Source: Acidobacteriota bacterium (GTDB lineage Bacteria; Acidobacteriota; Vicinamibacteria; Vicinamibacterales; UBA2999). Taken from it: a DNA stretch of 64,000 nucleotides. Below are positions 41,835-54,154 of this stretch, in pieces. The notes below the pieces were generated by a model. The model saw only the letters and a program-made list of their open reading frames with translations. It did no database searches and was not told where the DNA came from. A program made the position numbers and the translations under genes. The stretch is from contig CANNDT010000007.1 of NCBI GenBank assembly GCA_947503365.1, positions 18,812-82,811 on the forward strand, written 5' to 3'. Position 1 is the stretch's first letter; each line of letters starts with the position of its first letter.

Positions 41835-42755
41835 CTACTCATAGCGAATCCGCGGATCGAGCACGCCGTAGACCAGGTCGGTGAGCAGGTTCATCGCCAC
41901 GTAGGTCACGGCGATGAGCAGGATGCAGCCCTGCACGAGCGGGTAGTCGCGGAAGCCGATCGACTGAATGAGCAGACGGCCGATCCCCGGCCACGCGAAG
42001 ACCGTTTCGGTGATCACCGCTCCGGTCAGCACGGCGCCGAACTGGAGGCCGATCAGCGTGACGACCGGGATGAGGCTGTTCCGAAACGCGTGATGCATCA
42101 CCGAGCGCCAGCGGGAGGCGCCTCGAGCGCGTGCCGCCTGCACGTACGGTTCGCGCAGCTCCTCGAGAAGGGTTGCGCGGGTCATCCTCGCGAGGATGGC
42201 GGCCAGGGCCGCGCCGAGCGAGATCGCCGGAAGGATCAGGTGCGCAGGCGTACCACGGCCTGATACAGGCAGCCATCCGAGCTCGATTGAAAAGACGATC
42301 GCGAGAAGCGGACCGAGCCAGAAATTCGGCACCGAGACGCCGACCAGCGACAAGGTCGTGGCGGCGTGATCGATCGCCGTCCCCCGTCCCACCGCCGCCG
42401 CAATACCGAGCGGAATCGAGAAGGCGATCGACACCAGCATCGCCGCGGCCGCCAGCTCGAAGGTCGCCGGAAGCCGTTCGAGGATCGCCTGCGTGACCGG
42501 TTGGCTCGTCCGCAGCGAGGTGCCGAGATCCCCGCGCACGGCGCCGCCGAGAAAGGCGCCGTACTGCTCGAGCAGTGGACGATCGAGACCGAGCCTGGCG
42601 CGCAGCGCCGCGACATCCTCTTGCGACGCCGTCTCGCCGAGCATCGCCAGCGCCGGGTCGCCTGGTATCAGGTGAATCAGTGAGAAGACCAGCGTGGCGA
42701 CGCCGAGCAGCACCGGAATCGTGAGCACAAGTCGCCGTGCGAGAAACCGCAGCAC
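41835..42755 (-). CDS. Peptide/nickel ABC transporter permease (DppB-like)
   Basis: PGDPA, GDLGTS, PNFWLG, ETVFAWPGIG, LDPRIRY. Confidence 0.93.
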   Translation of the reverse strand: MLRFLARRLVLTIPVLLGVATLVFSLIHLIPGDPALAMLGETASQEDVAALRARLGLDRPLLEQYGAFLGGAVRGDLGTSLRTSQPVTQAILERLPATFELAAAAMLVSIAFSIPLGIAAAVGRGTAIDHAATTLSLVGVSVPNFWLGPLLAIVFSIELGWLPVSGRGTPAHLILPAISLGAALAAILARMTRATLLEELREPYVQAARARGASRWRSVMHHAFRNSLIPVVTLIGLQFGAVLTGAVITETVFAWPGIGRLLIQSIGFRDYPLVQGCILLIAVTYVAMNLLTDLVYGVLDPRIRYE

Positions 42756-42764
42756 GTCGTCATT

Positions 42765-43181
42765 CTACCGATCCCGGAACGGATTCAGGCAGTGGATCCC
42801 GGTCCGGGCGACGTCTTTCGTGTTTCGCGTCACGAGCGTGAGCCCATGTATCTTCGCCGTTGCCGCAAGAAGTGCGTCGATGACCGGCAGAGACTGCCCC
42901 GCGTTCATGCGTCCCCACTCCTCGGCAACGGCCTTGTCGACCGGCAGCAGTCGCTCGCTGAAGCCGTCGACAAGACCGCGCAGCCAGCGGTTGAGTACGC
43001 GCGCCGTATCAGGATCGCGCCGCTCGACGCTCTCGACGCCGCGCCGCAGCTCACCCACCGTGAGCACGCTCAGAAAGACATCGGCATCGGCCACCTCGGA
43101 GAACCAGCCGACTACACCCGCGTTCGCGCGCGGACCCTTGCGCAGTTCCGAAACGATGTTCGTGTCGACCAGGTAGCTCAC
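42765..43181 (-). CDS. vapC: VapC/FitB-like PIN toxin
   Basis: YLVDTNIVSE, DALLAATA, LVTRNTKD. Confidence 0.92.
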   Translation of the reverse strand: MSYLVDTNIVSELRKGPRANAGVVGWFSEVADADVFLSVLTVGELRRGVESVERRDPDTARVLNRWLRGLVDGFSERLLPVDKAVAEEWGRMNAGQSLPVIDALLAATAKIHGLTLVTRNTKDVARTGIHCLNPFRDR

Positions 43182-43411
43182 AAGCGAACCTTGCGCCCCT
43201 TGTCCTGCACGCGCGCGAAATCGGCGTCGTCGCCTCCGGCCGGCATATCAAGGAGGCACTCCTTGAATGACCGGTGCTTTCGATGCGTCAGCAGCGCGGC
43301 GCGCAGAATTTCCCGATGCTCCGCCTCGGTCGACCGGCCATGCTCCGCCGCCCGCCGGCGGAGCCGCGCCACGATCTCGTCGTCCAGGTCACGCACGATC
43401 AATTGCGCCAT
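43178..43411 (-). CDS. FitA-like ribbon-helix-helix antitoxin
   Basis: MAQLIVRDLDDEIVARLRRRAAEHGRSTEAEHREIL. Confidence 0.9.
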   Translation of the reverse strand: MAQLIVRDLDDEIVARLRRRAAEHGRSTEAEHREILRAALLTHRKHRSFKECLLDMPAGGDDADFARVQDKGRKVRL

Positions 43412-43428
43412 GCTATCAATGATAGCAT
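43410..43428. promoter_or_regulatory. FitA-type operator palindrome
   Basis: ATGCTATCA-A-TGATAGCAT overlapping the antitoxin start codon. Confidence 0.75.
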
Positions 43429-43446
43429 CGGTCAGCTGTCTATGGC

Positions 43447-46359
<2,913 letters not shown>

Positions 46360-46557
46360 GGTTCGTGACAATGCAACGGACGGTTCATGACGAAACGCTC
46401 GGAAATCTGGGGCTTGGGGCGGCGAGATCGCAGCTTTGGACGCAGCGTCATCGGCGCACGCGTTGCACTTTCTGCAAGCCTCGTGTCCTCTTGGCAGGAG
46501 GCGCGCGGGCCGGAGCGATCGGACTGGAAACGCTCCATTGAGTAAAATGAACGTCTG

Positions 46558-47763
46558 ATGCTCAGATTTCTCTCCGCCGGCGAGTCTCACGGCCAGGCGC
46601 TCGTGGTGACCGTCGACGGCATGCCTGCCGGTCTTCAACTCGACATCGACGCCCTCAACGCTCAGCTCCGCAGACGGCAGGGCGGCTACGGCCGCGGCCG
46701 CCGCATGGCCATCGAGAGCGACCAGGCCGAGATCCTCGCGGGGGTGCGCCACTCCCGCACCACGGGCGCGCCGATCGCCCTGCTGATTCGCAACCGCGAC
46801 TGGGTCAACTGGCAGCAGACGATGTACGTGGAGGCGGAGATGCCGGAGGGCGCGAGCGGGACCAAGCGCGCTGACGTCACCCGTCCCCGTCCTGGCCATG
46901 CTGACCTCGCCGGAGCCATCAAGTACGGTCACGACGACATCCGCGACGTCCTCGAGCGCGCCAGCGCGCGCGAGACCGCGGCACGCGTCGCCGCCGGGAG
47001 CCTGGCGCGGCAGCTCCTGGCCCAGTTCGGCGTCCAGATTGCCAGTCACGTCTCGGCGATTGGCGATGTCGTCCTGCCCGAAGACCGGATCGTGTCCTTT
47101 GCCGAAGCGGAAGGCATCCCCGAGGATGCACCCCTGCGGTGCGTGGACGCCGAGCTTCAGCAGCGCATGATGGCGTTCATCGACAACGCGCGCGAGGCGG
47201 GCGATACGGTGGGCGGCGCGTTCGAGATCATCGCCAGCGGCGTTCCTCCCGGCCTGGGGTCATACGTCCAGTGGGACCGGAAGCTCGACGGCCGCCTCGG
47301 CCAGGCGTTGATGTGCATTCACGCGATCAAGGCGGTGGGCATCGGCATCGGCCCCGACGTGGCGTTCCGGCCCGGCTCACGGGTTCACGACGAGATCCTT
47401 CCGCCCACGGGAACCACGGTCGCCGATCGTCCGACCAATCGCGCCGGCGGCCTCGAAGGCGGCGTCACCAACGGCGAGGACGTCAGGGTCAGCGCCTTCA
47501 TGAAGCCGATTGCCACGCTGATGAAGCCGCTCCGGTCGGTTGATTTGACGACGATGACCGAGGCGCCGGCGGCGATCGAGCGCAGCGACGTATGTGCCGT
47601 GCCTGCGGCCGCCGTCGTGGGCGAGGCGATGGTGGCATTCGTCCTCGCCGATGCCTTCCTGGAGAAGTTTGGAGGCGACTCGATCGACGAGATCGACGCG
47701 CACTACCGCGCCACCGCCGAGCAGGTCCGCCAGCGCTTCGCCGCACGCGGCAGCGTCGTTTAG
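46558..47763 (+). CDS. aroC: Chorismate synthase
   Basis: AGESHG, RPGHAD, ERASARETA, GGLEGG, RSDVC. Confidence 0.97.
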   Translation: MLRFLSAGESHGQALVVTVDGMPAGLQLDIDALNAQLRRRQGGYGRGRRMAIESDQAEILAGVRHSRTTGAPIALLIRNRDWVNWQQTMYVEAEMPEGASGTKRADVTRPRPGHADLAGAIKYGHDDIRDVLERASARETAARVAAGSLARQLLAQFGVQIASHVSAIGDVVLPEDRIVSFAEAEGIPEDAPLRCVDAELQQRMMAFIDNAREAGDTVGGAFEIIASGVPPGLGSYVQWDRKLDGRLGQALMCIHAIKAVGIGIGPDVAFRPGSRVHDEILPPTGTTVADRPTNRAGGLEGGVTNGEDVRVSAFMKPIATLMKPLRSVDLTTMTEAPAAIERSDVCAVPAAAVVGEAMVAFVLADAFLEKFGGDSIDEIDAHYRATAEQVRQRFAARGSVV

Positions 47764-48273
47764 GTGATTCGTCCCATCCTTCGCTACGGTGCGGACGTCC
47801 TGCACCGGCCCGCCGCGACGGTCGCGTCGATCACCGCGGAACACCAGCAGTTGATCGACGACATGATTCAAACCATGTACGCCGCCCCTGGCATCGGCCT
47901 GGCGGCAACGCAGGTCGGTGTCGGCCTGCGAATCTTCGTCGCCGACATATCGGTCGGCCGCAATCCGGCTGACCTGCTCGTGTTCGTGAATCCAGAGGTC
48001 ATCGAGCGAGACGGCATGCAGCTCGAGGAAGAAGGCTGCCTCAGCGTGCCGGGATTCAACGCCACCGTCGCTCGCCCGCAGAAGGTCGTCCTCAAGGGCC
48101 TCGACCGCGATGGCCATGAACGCACCGTCGAAGGCACGGGCCTGCTGGCGCGCTGCTTCCAGCACGAGATGGATCATCTCGACGGCACCGTCTTCGTCGA
48201 TCGACTGCGCGGCCTGCAGAAGGATCTGATCGTCCGCAAGATCAGGAAGATGACGAAGTCCGGCAAATGGTGA
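47764..48273 (+). CDS. def: Peptide deformylase
   Basis: GIGLAATQVG, EGCLS, QHEMDH. Confidence 0.97.
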   Translation: MIRPILRYGADVLHRPAATVASITAEHQQLIDDMIQTMYAAPGIGLAATQVGVGLRIFVADISVGRNPADLLVFVNPEVIERDGMQLEEEGCLSVPGFNATVARPQKVVLKGLDRDGHERTVEGTGLLARCFQHEMDHLDGTVFVDRLRGLQKDLIVRKIRKMTKSGKW

Positions 48274-49217
48274 CGCCGCTCCGAGTCGTGTTCTTCGGCA
48301 CGCCGCAGTTCGCCGTACCCACGCTGCAGCACCTGCTCGCGTCGCGCCACCAGGTTGTCGGCGTCGTCACGCAACCCGATCGTCCCAGGGGCCGCGGGCA
48401 GAAAGTCTCAGACTCGCCGGTCAAGACAGTCGCGTTGGAACACGGGGTGCCGCTCGTCCAGCCGGAGAAGCTCCGTCATCCTGATTTTGCGGCGGCGCTT
48501 CGATCGTGGCAGCCGGACCTGGGCGTCGTGGCGGCCTACGGAAGGATCATCCCAAAGGACATCCTGGCACTGCCCCGCCTCGGCATGATCAACGTCCATG
48601 GGTCTCTCCTGCCGAAGTACCGCGGCGCCGCACCGGTGCACCGCGCCGTGATCGATGGCGAGACGGAAACAGGCATCACGATCATGCGCGTCGAGGAGAC
48701 GCTCGACTCGGGACCGATGCTGGCCAAGGCGACACGGCCGATCGACCCGAACGAAACCAGCGACATCGTCGAACGCGATTTGTCGGAGCTTGGCGCCCCG
48801 CTGCTTGTCAGCGTGGTCGATGCGATGTCCGAGCGCGACGTGCCGGAGGAGCTGCAGGATTCGACGGCCTGCAGCTACGCGCCGAAGGTCACGAAAGAAG
48901 AAGGCCTGATCGACTGGAGCCTGCCGGGGATCGACGTCCACAACCGGGTGCGGGGCCTGTACCCGTGGCCCCACGCGTACACCTATCTCAACGGCCAACG
49001 CCTCATCGTGCTCAGAACGCATGTGGACAGCGGCACGACCGACGCCGAGCCCGGGACGATTCTCGATACCGCTGGAGACGCGATCCACGTCGCAACCGGC
49101 CACGGCGGACGGGTCGCGATCGACGAGCTGCAGCCCGAGGGCCGGCGTCCGATGAAAGCCCGGGATTTCCTGGCCGGCCACACGATCTCGCCAGGCGCGC
49201 GCCTGACCGGCAAGTAA
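48267..49217 (+). CDS. fmt: Methionyl-tRNA formyltransferase
   Basis: FFGTPQFA, TQPDRP, INVHGSLLPKYRGAAP. Confidence 0.97.
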   Translation: MVTPLRVVFFGTPQFAVPTLQHLLASRHQVVGVVTQPDRPRGRGQKVSDSPVKTVALEHGVPLVQPEKLRHPDFAAALRSWQPDLGVVAAYGRIIPKDILALPRLGMINVHGSLLPKYRGAAPVHRAVIDGETETGITIMRVEETLDSGPMLAKATRPIDPNETSDIVERDLSELGAPLLVSVVDAMSERDVPEELQDSTACSYAPKVTKEEGLIDWSLPGIDVHNRVRGLYPWPHAYTYLNGQRLIVLRTHVDSGTTDAEPGTILDTAGDAIHVATGHGGRVAIDELQPEGRRPMKARDFLAGHTISPGARLTGK

Positions 49218-49273
49218 TTCACCCTTCCGGCGTTCCTGTCGATTACTGGACTGAGCTGATCCGCTCAGCATCC

Positions 49274-50701
49274 ATGGCACAAGACCCGCCCGACACCCAC
49301 TTCAAAGCCCTCCAGGTCAACCTCGACCCGGTGCGATACGGCACGTTCGCGGAAATTGGCGCCGGCCAGGAAGTGGCCCGGTGGTTCTTTCGCGTCGGCG
49401 GCGCGGCGGGCACGGTGGCCAAGGCCATGTCGGCGTACGACATGACCTTCAGCGATGCCATCTACGGCCAGAGCGATCGCTACGTCAGCCGGGTACGCTT
49501 GGAGACGATGCTCGATCATGAGTACGAGCTGCTGATCGAACGTCTCAACAGCCAGCGCGGTGACAAGACCAGGTTCTTCGTCTTCGCCGACACCGTGGCC
49601 ACGCGCAGCTACTCGCGCAAGGAAGATGGCCACGGGTGGCTCGGCATCCGCTTCCAGGCCGAACCGCTCGGGCCGGCTTCGCAGATCACCATCCACGTGC
49701 GGCTCACGGCCGGCGAAACGGAACAGCAGCAGGAGGCGCTCGGCATCATCGGCGTCAACCTGGTGTACGGCGCGCTGTTTCATCACGCCGCGCCGACCGC
49801 GCTGATCGCGTCACTGCTCGACAACGTCACGGCGGCGCACGGCGAGATCGACATGATCGAGTTCAGCGGGCCGGCCTTCGCCGGCGTCGACAACCGCCTC
49901 ATGAGCCTCGAGCTGGTGCGCACGGGACTCACCGCCGCCGCGATGTTCGGCGCGGATGGGCGCGTCGTTCAGCCGTCGGATGCGCTCTACAAGAAGTGCG
50001 TGCTCGTGGAGCGCGGCAGCTTCCGGCCGGCGACCAAGGTGACGGTCGACATGCTCCGTTGCGCGCAATCGCAGTTCGTCCGGGAGCCTGGCGTTGCCGG
50101 CGAGGACGTCGTCGAGCTCTTCGAGATGACGCTCAAGAATCTGAGTGGAGACGCGGGCGATATCGACGCCCAGGATTTCCTCGACCGCGCCGACATCCTG
50201 GCGACGCTGGGCGGCACGGTGCTGATCTCGAACTACGGGGCGTATCACCGGCTGGCCGCGTACTTGTTCCGGCACACCAAGAAGCCGATCGGCCTGGTGA
50301 TGGGCGTGCCGACGCTGCGAGAGTTGTTCGACGAGCGGTACTACGCGGACCTCGAGGGCGGCATTCTCGAATCGTTCGGCAGGTTGTTCAAGAACGACCT
50401 GAAGATTTACGCCTACCCGGAGCTGGACGCGAAGACCGGCGTGCTCACCACAGCCAGCAACCTCCAGGTGGCGCCGCACCTCGGGCACCTGTGCGAGCAC
50501 CTGGTCGAGAACCACATGATCGAGGGCCTCGAGGGCGTCGATAGGCGGTGCCTGTCGATCCGCTCGCGCGACGTCCTCGCGCAGATTCGCCGCGGCGACG
50601 CCGGGTGGGAGGTCGCCACTCCCAACTCAGTGGCCAGGGCCATCAAGCGCCGCGGACTCCTGGGCTATTGCGCGCCACAGGCCCACCAGCGAGTCGCGTA
50701 G
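49274..50701 (+). CDS. Conserved cytoplasmic protein with a nucleotidyltransferase-like C-terminal half
   Basis: YGTFAEIGAGQEVARWFF N-terminus, RGSFRP motif; start moved to ATG 49274. Confidence 0.75.
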   Translation: MAQDPPDTHFKALQVNLDPVRYGTFAEIGAGQEVARWFFRVGGAAGTVAKAMSAYDMTFSDAIYGQSDRYVSRVRLETMLDHEYELLIERLNSQRGDKTRFFVFADTVATRSYSRKEDGHGWLGIRFQAEPLGPASQITIHVRLTAGETEQQQEALGIIGVNLVYGALFHHAAPTALIASLLDNVTAAHGEIDMIEFSGPAFAGVDNRLMSLELVRTGLTAAAMFGADGRVVQPSDALYKKCVLVERGSFRPATKVTVDMLRCAQSQFVREPGVAGEDVVELFEMTLKNLSGDAGDIDAQDFLDRADILATLGGTVLISNYGAYHRLAAYLFRHTKKPIGLVMGVPTLRELFDERYYADLEGGILESFGRLFKNDLKIYAYPELDAKTGVLTTASNLQVAPHLGHLCEHLVENHMIEGLEGVDRRCLSIRSRDVLAQIRRGDAGWEVATPNSVARAIKRRGLLGYCAPQAHQRVA

Positions 50702-50702
50702 C

Positions 50703-51815
50703 CTACTTCGCCGAATACGTCTTACTGAAACCGTTGCGGGTGTTCGTGACGGTGAACGTCCCGTCCTGCTGCGCCGAGATCACCAGGTAGTACGCCTTTC
50801 CGTTGTGCTCGGGAGCCGGAGGGGCCTGCTGCCCTTGCGGTGGCGCCACGAACGGCGCGACCGGCATCGCATCGAGCGGCTGATCGAAGCCGTTCGCGAT
50901 GAACATGCCCGGCACGGTGTATTCCTGGCCGCTCAACTGCGAGAAGTGCACCTGCCAGACATCCTCGACTCGAGGCGCACCAAAGAAGATTTTCATCGCC
51001 TCGGGCGCTGCGCCCTTGCGGGTGCCGTTGTTGGTGACGATGGCCCTCGGGTTGAGTGCATTCACCAGGAAGTCCGCATTGACGTTGCCGTGACGCGCCG
51101 CGAGTAACAGATCGACCGTGCCAAGGCGGTTGCTCGGGCACATGAGATCGAACTGCCGGTTCAGCGTCAGATCACCGAGGTGGATGGTGCGGAACTTTCC
51201 GAAGGTGATGACGCTCCCGAGAGACTGGTCGTCCTCGGTCAGGTTGACGCCTGTTTGAGGCGGAGCGGCCGGACACAGGCGATTCGGGATAGCCCTGCCC
51301 TGAAGCGGAGCCTGAACCACCTGCGCCGCTGACGTCGCTACCCGCCAGTCGACGCCTCCTACGGAAATCTTGTCGCCAGGCTTCGCGATGGTGTGCTTCG
51401 TCTTGGTGTAGAGCTCTCGGTAGCCCCCCTGCAGGAAGCCGTCGACAACCGGATTGGGCTGCGCATTGGGCCCATGGTCGATGAACTCCACGATCGGAAT
51501 GCGAGTCGCGAGCTCGGCCAGGCCGCCGACGTGGTCGTTATGGTAGTGGGTCGTGATCAGGTGATCGATCCTGGTCACCAGTGCGTCCTTGGCCGCCGCG
51601 ACAATCCGCTCGGCGTCGCGCACGGCGCCCGGGCCGCCATTGCCCGAGTCGATCAGCACCGATTCACCGGATGGCGTCACGAAGAGGACCGCGTTGCCGC
51701 CCTCGACGTCGATGACGTAAATGTCCAGCGTGGTTCTGGTGATACCGGTCTGTGCCGTGGCAACGGCCGCGGATAGCAGCAGGATGAGTGCAAGCGAGCA
51801 TGTGCGGGCGCGCAT
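50703..51815 (-). CDS. Exported MBL-fold hydrolase (ComEC/Rec2-like)
   Basis: Signal peptide, IDVEGG, THYHNDHVGG, GD, RHG. Confidence 0.85.
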   Translation of the reverse strand: MRARTCSLALILLLSAAVATAQTGITRTTLDIYVIDVEGGNAVLFVTPSGESVLIDSGNGGPGAVRDAERIVAAAKDALVTRIDHLITTHYHNDHVGGLAELATRIPIVEFIDHGPNAQPNPVVDGFLQGGYRELYTKTKHTIAKPGDKISVGGVDWRVATSAAQVVQAPLQGRAIPNRLCPAAPPQTGVNLTEDDQSLGSVITFGKFRTIHLGDLTLNRQFDLMCPSNRLGTVDLLLAARHGNVNADFLVNALNPRAIVTNNGTRKGAAPEAMKIFFGAPRVEDVWQVHFSQLSGQEYTVPGMFIANGFDQPLDAMPVAPFVAPPQGQQAPPAPEHNGKAYYLVISAQQDGTFTVTNTRNGFSKTYSAK

Positions 51816-51870
51816 AAGGGTTCTCCTCAACCGATACACAAATGAACGCCCTGATTGTAGAGTGGATGCC

Positions 51871-52638
51871 ATGAAGCTGATAGCGACCTGCGCGGTGCTC
51901 GCGACGGCCCTGACCCTCGCCGCGCCCAGCGTGTTTGCCGAGACCATGACCTGGACCGTCGCCGGCGACAAACGGCAGGCCATCGTCTATGCGCCAACCA
52001 AGGGGTCGCCAGCCGGGAAGGTGCCGCTGGTGCTGTCGTTCCATGGCCACGGCGACGACGCCGACAATTTTCAGCATGTCGACATGCACCTCGCGTGGCC
52101 TGAGGCTGTCGTCGTCTACTTTCAGGGGCTGCCCTCTCCCGACACGCTGAACGGCTGGCAAACGGAGAAGGGACAGGATAGCGACCGCGACCTGAAGCTG
52201 GTCGACACCGCGCTGGCATCGCTTCGCACGACGTTCAAGGTGGACGACGATCGGATTTACGCGACCGGCTTCTCGAACGGCGCGAACTTTACGTACCTGC
52301 TGTGGGCGGAGCGTCCGAGCGTGTTCGCCGCGTATGCGCCGGTGGCCGCGAGGCTTCGTCCGTCGGTGCACCTGACGCAACGCAAGCCGCTCTTTCATAT
52401 CGCGGGCAGGGCCGATCGCCAGATTGCGTTTGTCGACCAGCAGGCGGCGATCGAGGCGGCGATACGAGCGGACGGTGTCGCCGGCACGGGCACGTCGTGC
52501 GGAAACGAGTGCACGATCTACGGCAAAGATACGGCGGCGCCAGTCATGACCTGGATCCATTCCGGCGGTCACACGTATCCGACTGTCACGTCTGAACGGA
52601 TTACACAGTTCTTCCGCGATCACCCGCGGAAGCCGTGA
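51871..52638 (+). CDS. Exported alpha/beta hydrolase (PHB depolymerase/LpqC-like esterase)
   Basis: Signal peptide, FHGHG, TGFSNGA (GxSxG), G-x-x-D, GGH. Confidence 0.85.
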   Translation: MKLIATCAVLATALTLAAPSVFAETMTWTVAGDKRQAIVYAPTKGSPAGKVPLVLSFHGHGDDADNFQHVDMHLAWPEAVVVYFQGLPSPDTLNGWQTEKGQDSDRDLKLVDTALASLRTTFKVDDDRIYATGFSNGANFTYLLWAERPSVFAAYAPVAARLRPSVHLTQRKPLFHIAGRADRQIAFVDQQAAIEAAIRADGVAGTGTSCGNECTIYGKDTAAPVMTWIHSGGHTYPTVTSERITQFFRDHPRKP

Positions 52639-52639
52639 G

Positions 52640-54004
52640 GTGACCGCTCCCGCACGAACGGCCGCCTATCACGCCCTGCGCAGCGTCGCGCTCGAGCGCG
52701 CCGACCTGCCAACCGCCCTTGCCCAGAGCCGTCAGCACCTCGACGACGACCGCGACCGGGGCCTCGCGGCGGAGATCGTGGCGGGGACGCTGCGATGGCA
52801 GCGAGCGCTCGACCACCTGATCGCGCACTTTGCCAAGCGCGCACTATCGACCATCGATCCTGAAGTCGTCATCATCCTCAGGCTGAGCCTCTACCAGATC
52901 CTGCACCTCGATCGCGTTCCCGCGTCCGCGGTGGTGGACGACGCGGTCGATCTGACGCGGGGGGCGCGCAAGCGGAGCGCATCGGGGTTTGTGAACGCGG
53001 TCCTGCGCAACACCCTGCGACAACGCAACCGCCTGCCGTTGCCGGCGAGACCCGACAACCCTGCCGATAACGACGCCGATCGCGATGCCGCGCTCGCCTA
53101 TCTCGGCGTCACGCACTCGCATCCCGACTGGCTGGTGAGGCGCTGGCTGGATCGGTATGGGTTCGACGCGACCGAGCGGTGGGTCAGGTTCAACAACGAC
53201 ACACCCCGGCTGACGCTGCGCGCCAACCTGCTGCGATGCACGCGCGAGGAGCTGGCCGCTGCGCTCTCCGCCGACGAGGACGTCGAGACCGAGCCGAGCC
53301 TCCACGCTCCCAACGGCCTGGTCGTCACCTCCGGCAATCCGCTCCGGGTTCCGCAGGATGGATCCTTCTTCGTCCAGGACGAAGCCTCTCAACTGGTCAG
53401 CCTCGTCGTCGGCGCGCAACCCGGCGAGCGCATCCTCGATCTCTGCGCCTCGCCCGGTGGAAAGACGACGGCGATGGCGGCCGAGATGGGCGATAGCGGA
53501 CTGATCGTCGCGTGTGACGTTCGGCCGCGCCGCATGTCGCTGCTGAACGAGACCGTCGAGCTCAGTGGCGCCACGCACGTCGCACTCGCGCATGTCGCCC
53601 GGGATGGACCGCTGCCGTTCGCCACCGCCTTCGATCGCGTACTCGTCGACGCGCCCTGCTCCGGCCTCGGCACGATCCGTCGGGATCCCGATATCCGCTG
53701 GCGGCGGCACGAAGCCGACCTCCCTGCTCTCGCCACCGCACAGGTCGCCCTGCTGTCGAGAGCGGCGGAGACGGTCAAGGCGGGCGGCCGGCTGGTCTAC
53801 GCCACCTGCTCGAGCGAGCCGGAGGAGAACGAAGGCGTCGTGGATGCGTTCCTGGCGGCGCATCCCGAGTGGGCGCTGGTCGATCTCCGAACCAGTGGAG
53901 GACCATCGCTTGGCCCGCTCATCGATCCAAGAGGAATGATGCGGACCCTCCCCCACGAACACGCCCTGGAAGCCTTCTTCGCGGCGGCGCTGAGACGGCG
54001 CTAG
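52640..54004 (+). CDS. rsmB: 16S rRNA m5C967 methyltransferase
   Basis: NusB-like N-terminus, QDEAS, DLCASPGGKT, DAPCSG, YATCS. Confidence 0.96.
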   Translation: MTAPARTAAYHALRSVALERADLPTALAQSRQHLDDDRDRGLAAEIVAGTLRWQRALDHLIAHFAKRALSTIDPEVVIILRLSLYQILHLDRVPASAVVDDAVDLTRGARKRSASGFVNAVLRNTLRQRNRLPLPARPDNPADNDADRDAALAYLGVTHSHPDWLVRRWLDRYGFDATERWVRFNNDTPRLTLRANLLRCTREELAAALSADEDVETEPSLHAPNGLVVTSGNPLRVPQDGSFFVQDEASQLVSLVVGAQPGERILDLCASPGGKTTAMAAEMGDSGLIVACDVRPRRMSLLNETVELSGATHVALAHVARDGPLPFATAFDRVLVDAPCSGLGTIRRDPDIRWRRHEADLPALATAQVALLSRAAETVKAGGRLVYATCSSEPEENEGVVDAFLAAHPEWALVDLRTSGGPSLGPLIDPRGMMRTLPHEHALEAFFAAALRRR

Positions 54005-54137
54005 GCCACGAAGACGGTTGGCCACGAAGGGCACGAAGAACACGAAGCAGCTAAAGATCCTTCGTGACCTTCGTGACCTTCGTGGCCGGACCGTCTTCGT
54101 GAGCTTCGTGGCCAAGAGGACTTCGTGGCCTTCGTGG
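54004..54137. repeat. CACGAAG/CTTCGTG ~9-bp tandem inverted element, copy B
   Basis: Starts at the rsmB stop (TAGGCCACGAAG); 4 CACGAAG units then 7 CTTCGTG units. Confidence 0.92.
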
Positions 54138-54154
54138 TACGATTAACCGCTTTG

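Noticed and set aside
46473-46490. sigma54-like GGACACGAGGCTTGCA upstream of the activator (minus strand)
   Set aside because: The invariant GG at -24 reads GA at the correct spacing.
46360-47049. N-terminal extension making the sigma54 activator 1200 aa
   Set aside because: Antisense to aroC and crosses the divergent promoter region.
48506-49273. 256-aa N-terminal extension of the 48506..50701 ORF
   Set aside because: Out-of-frame overlap with fmt and Arg/Pro-rich; the recognisable protein starts at 49274.
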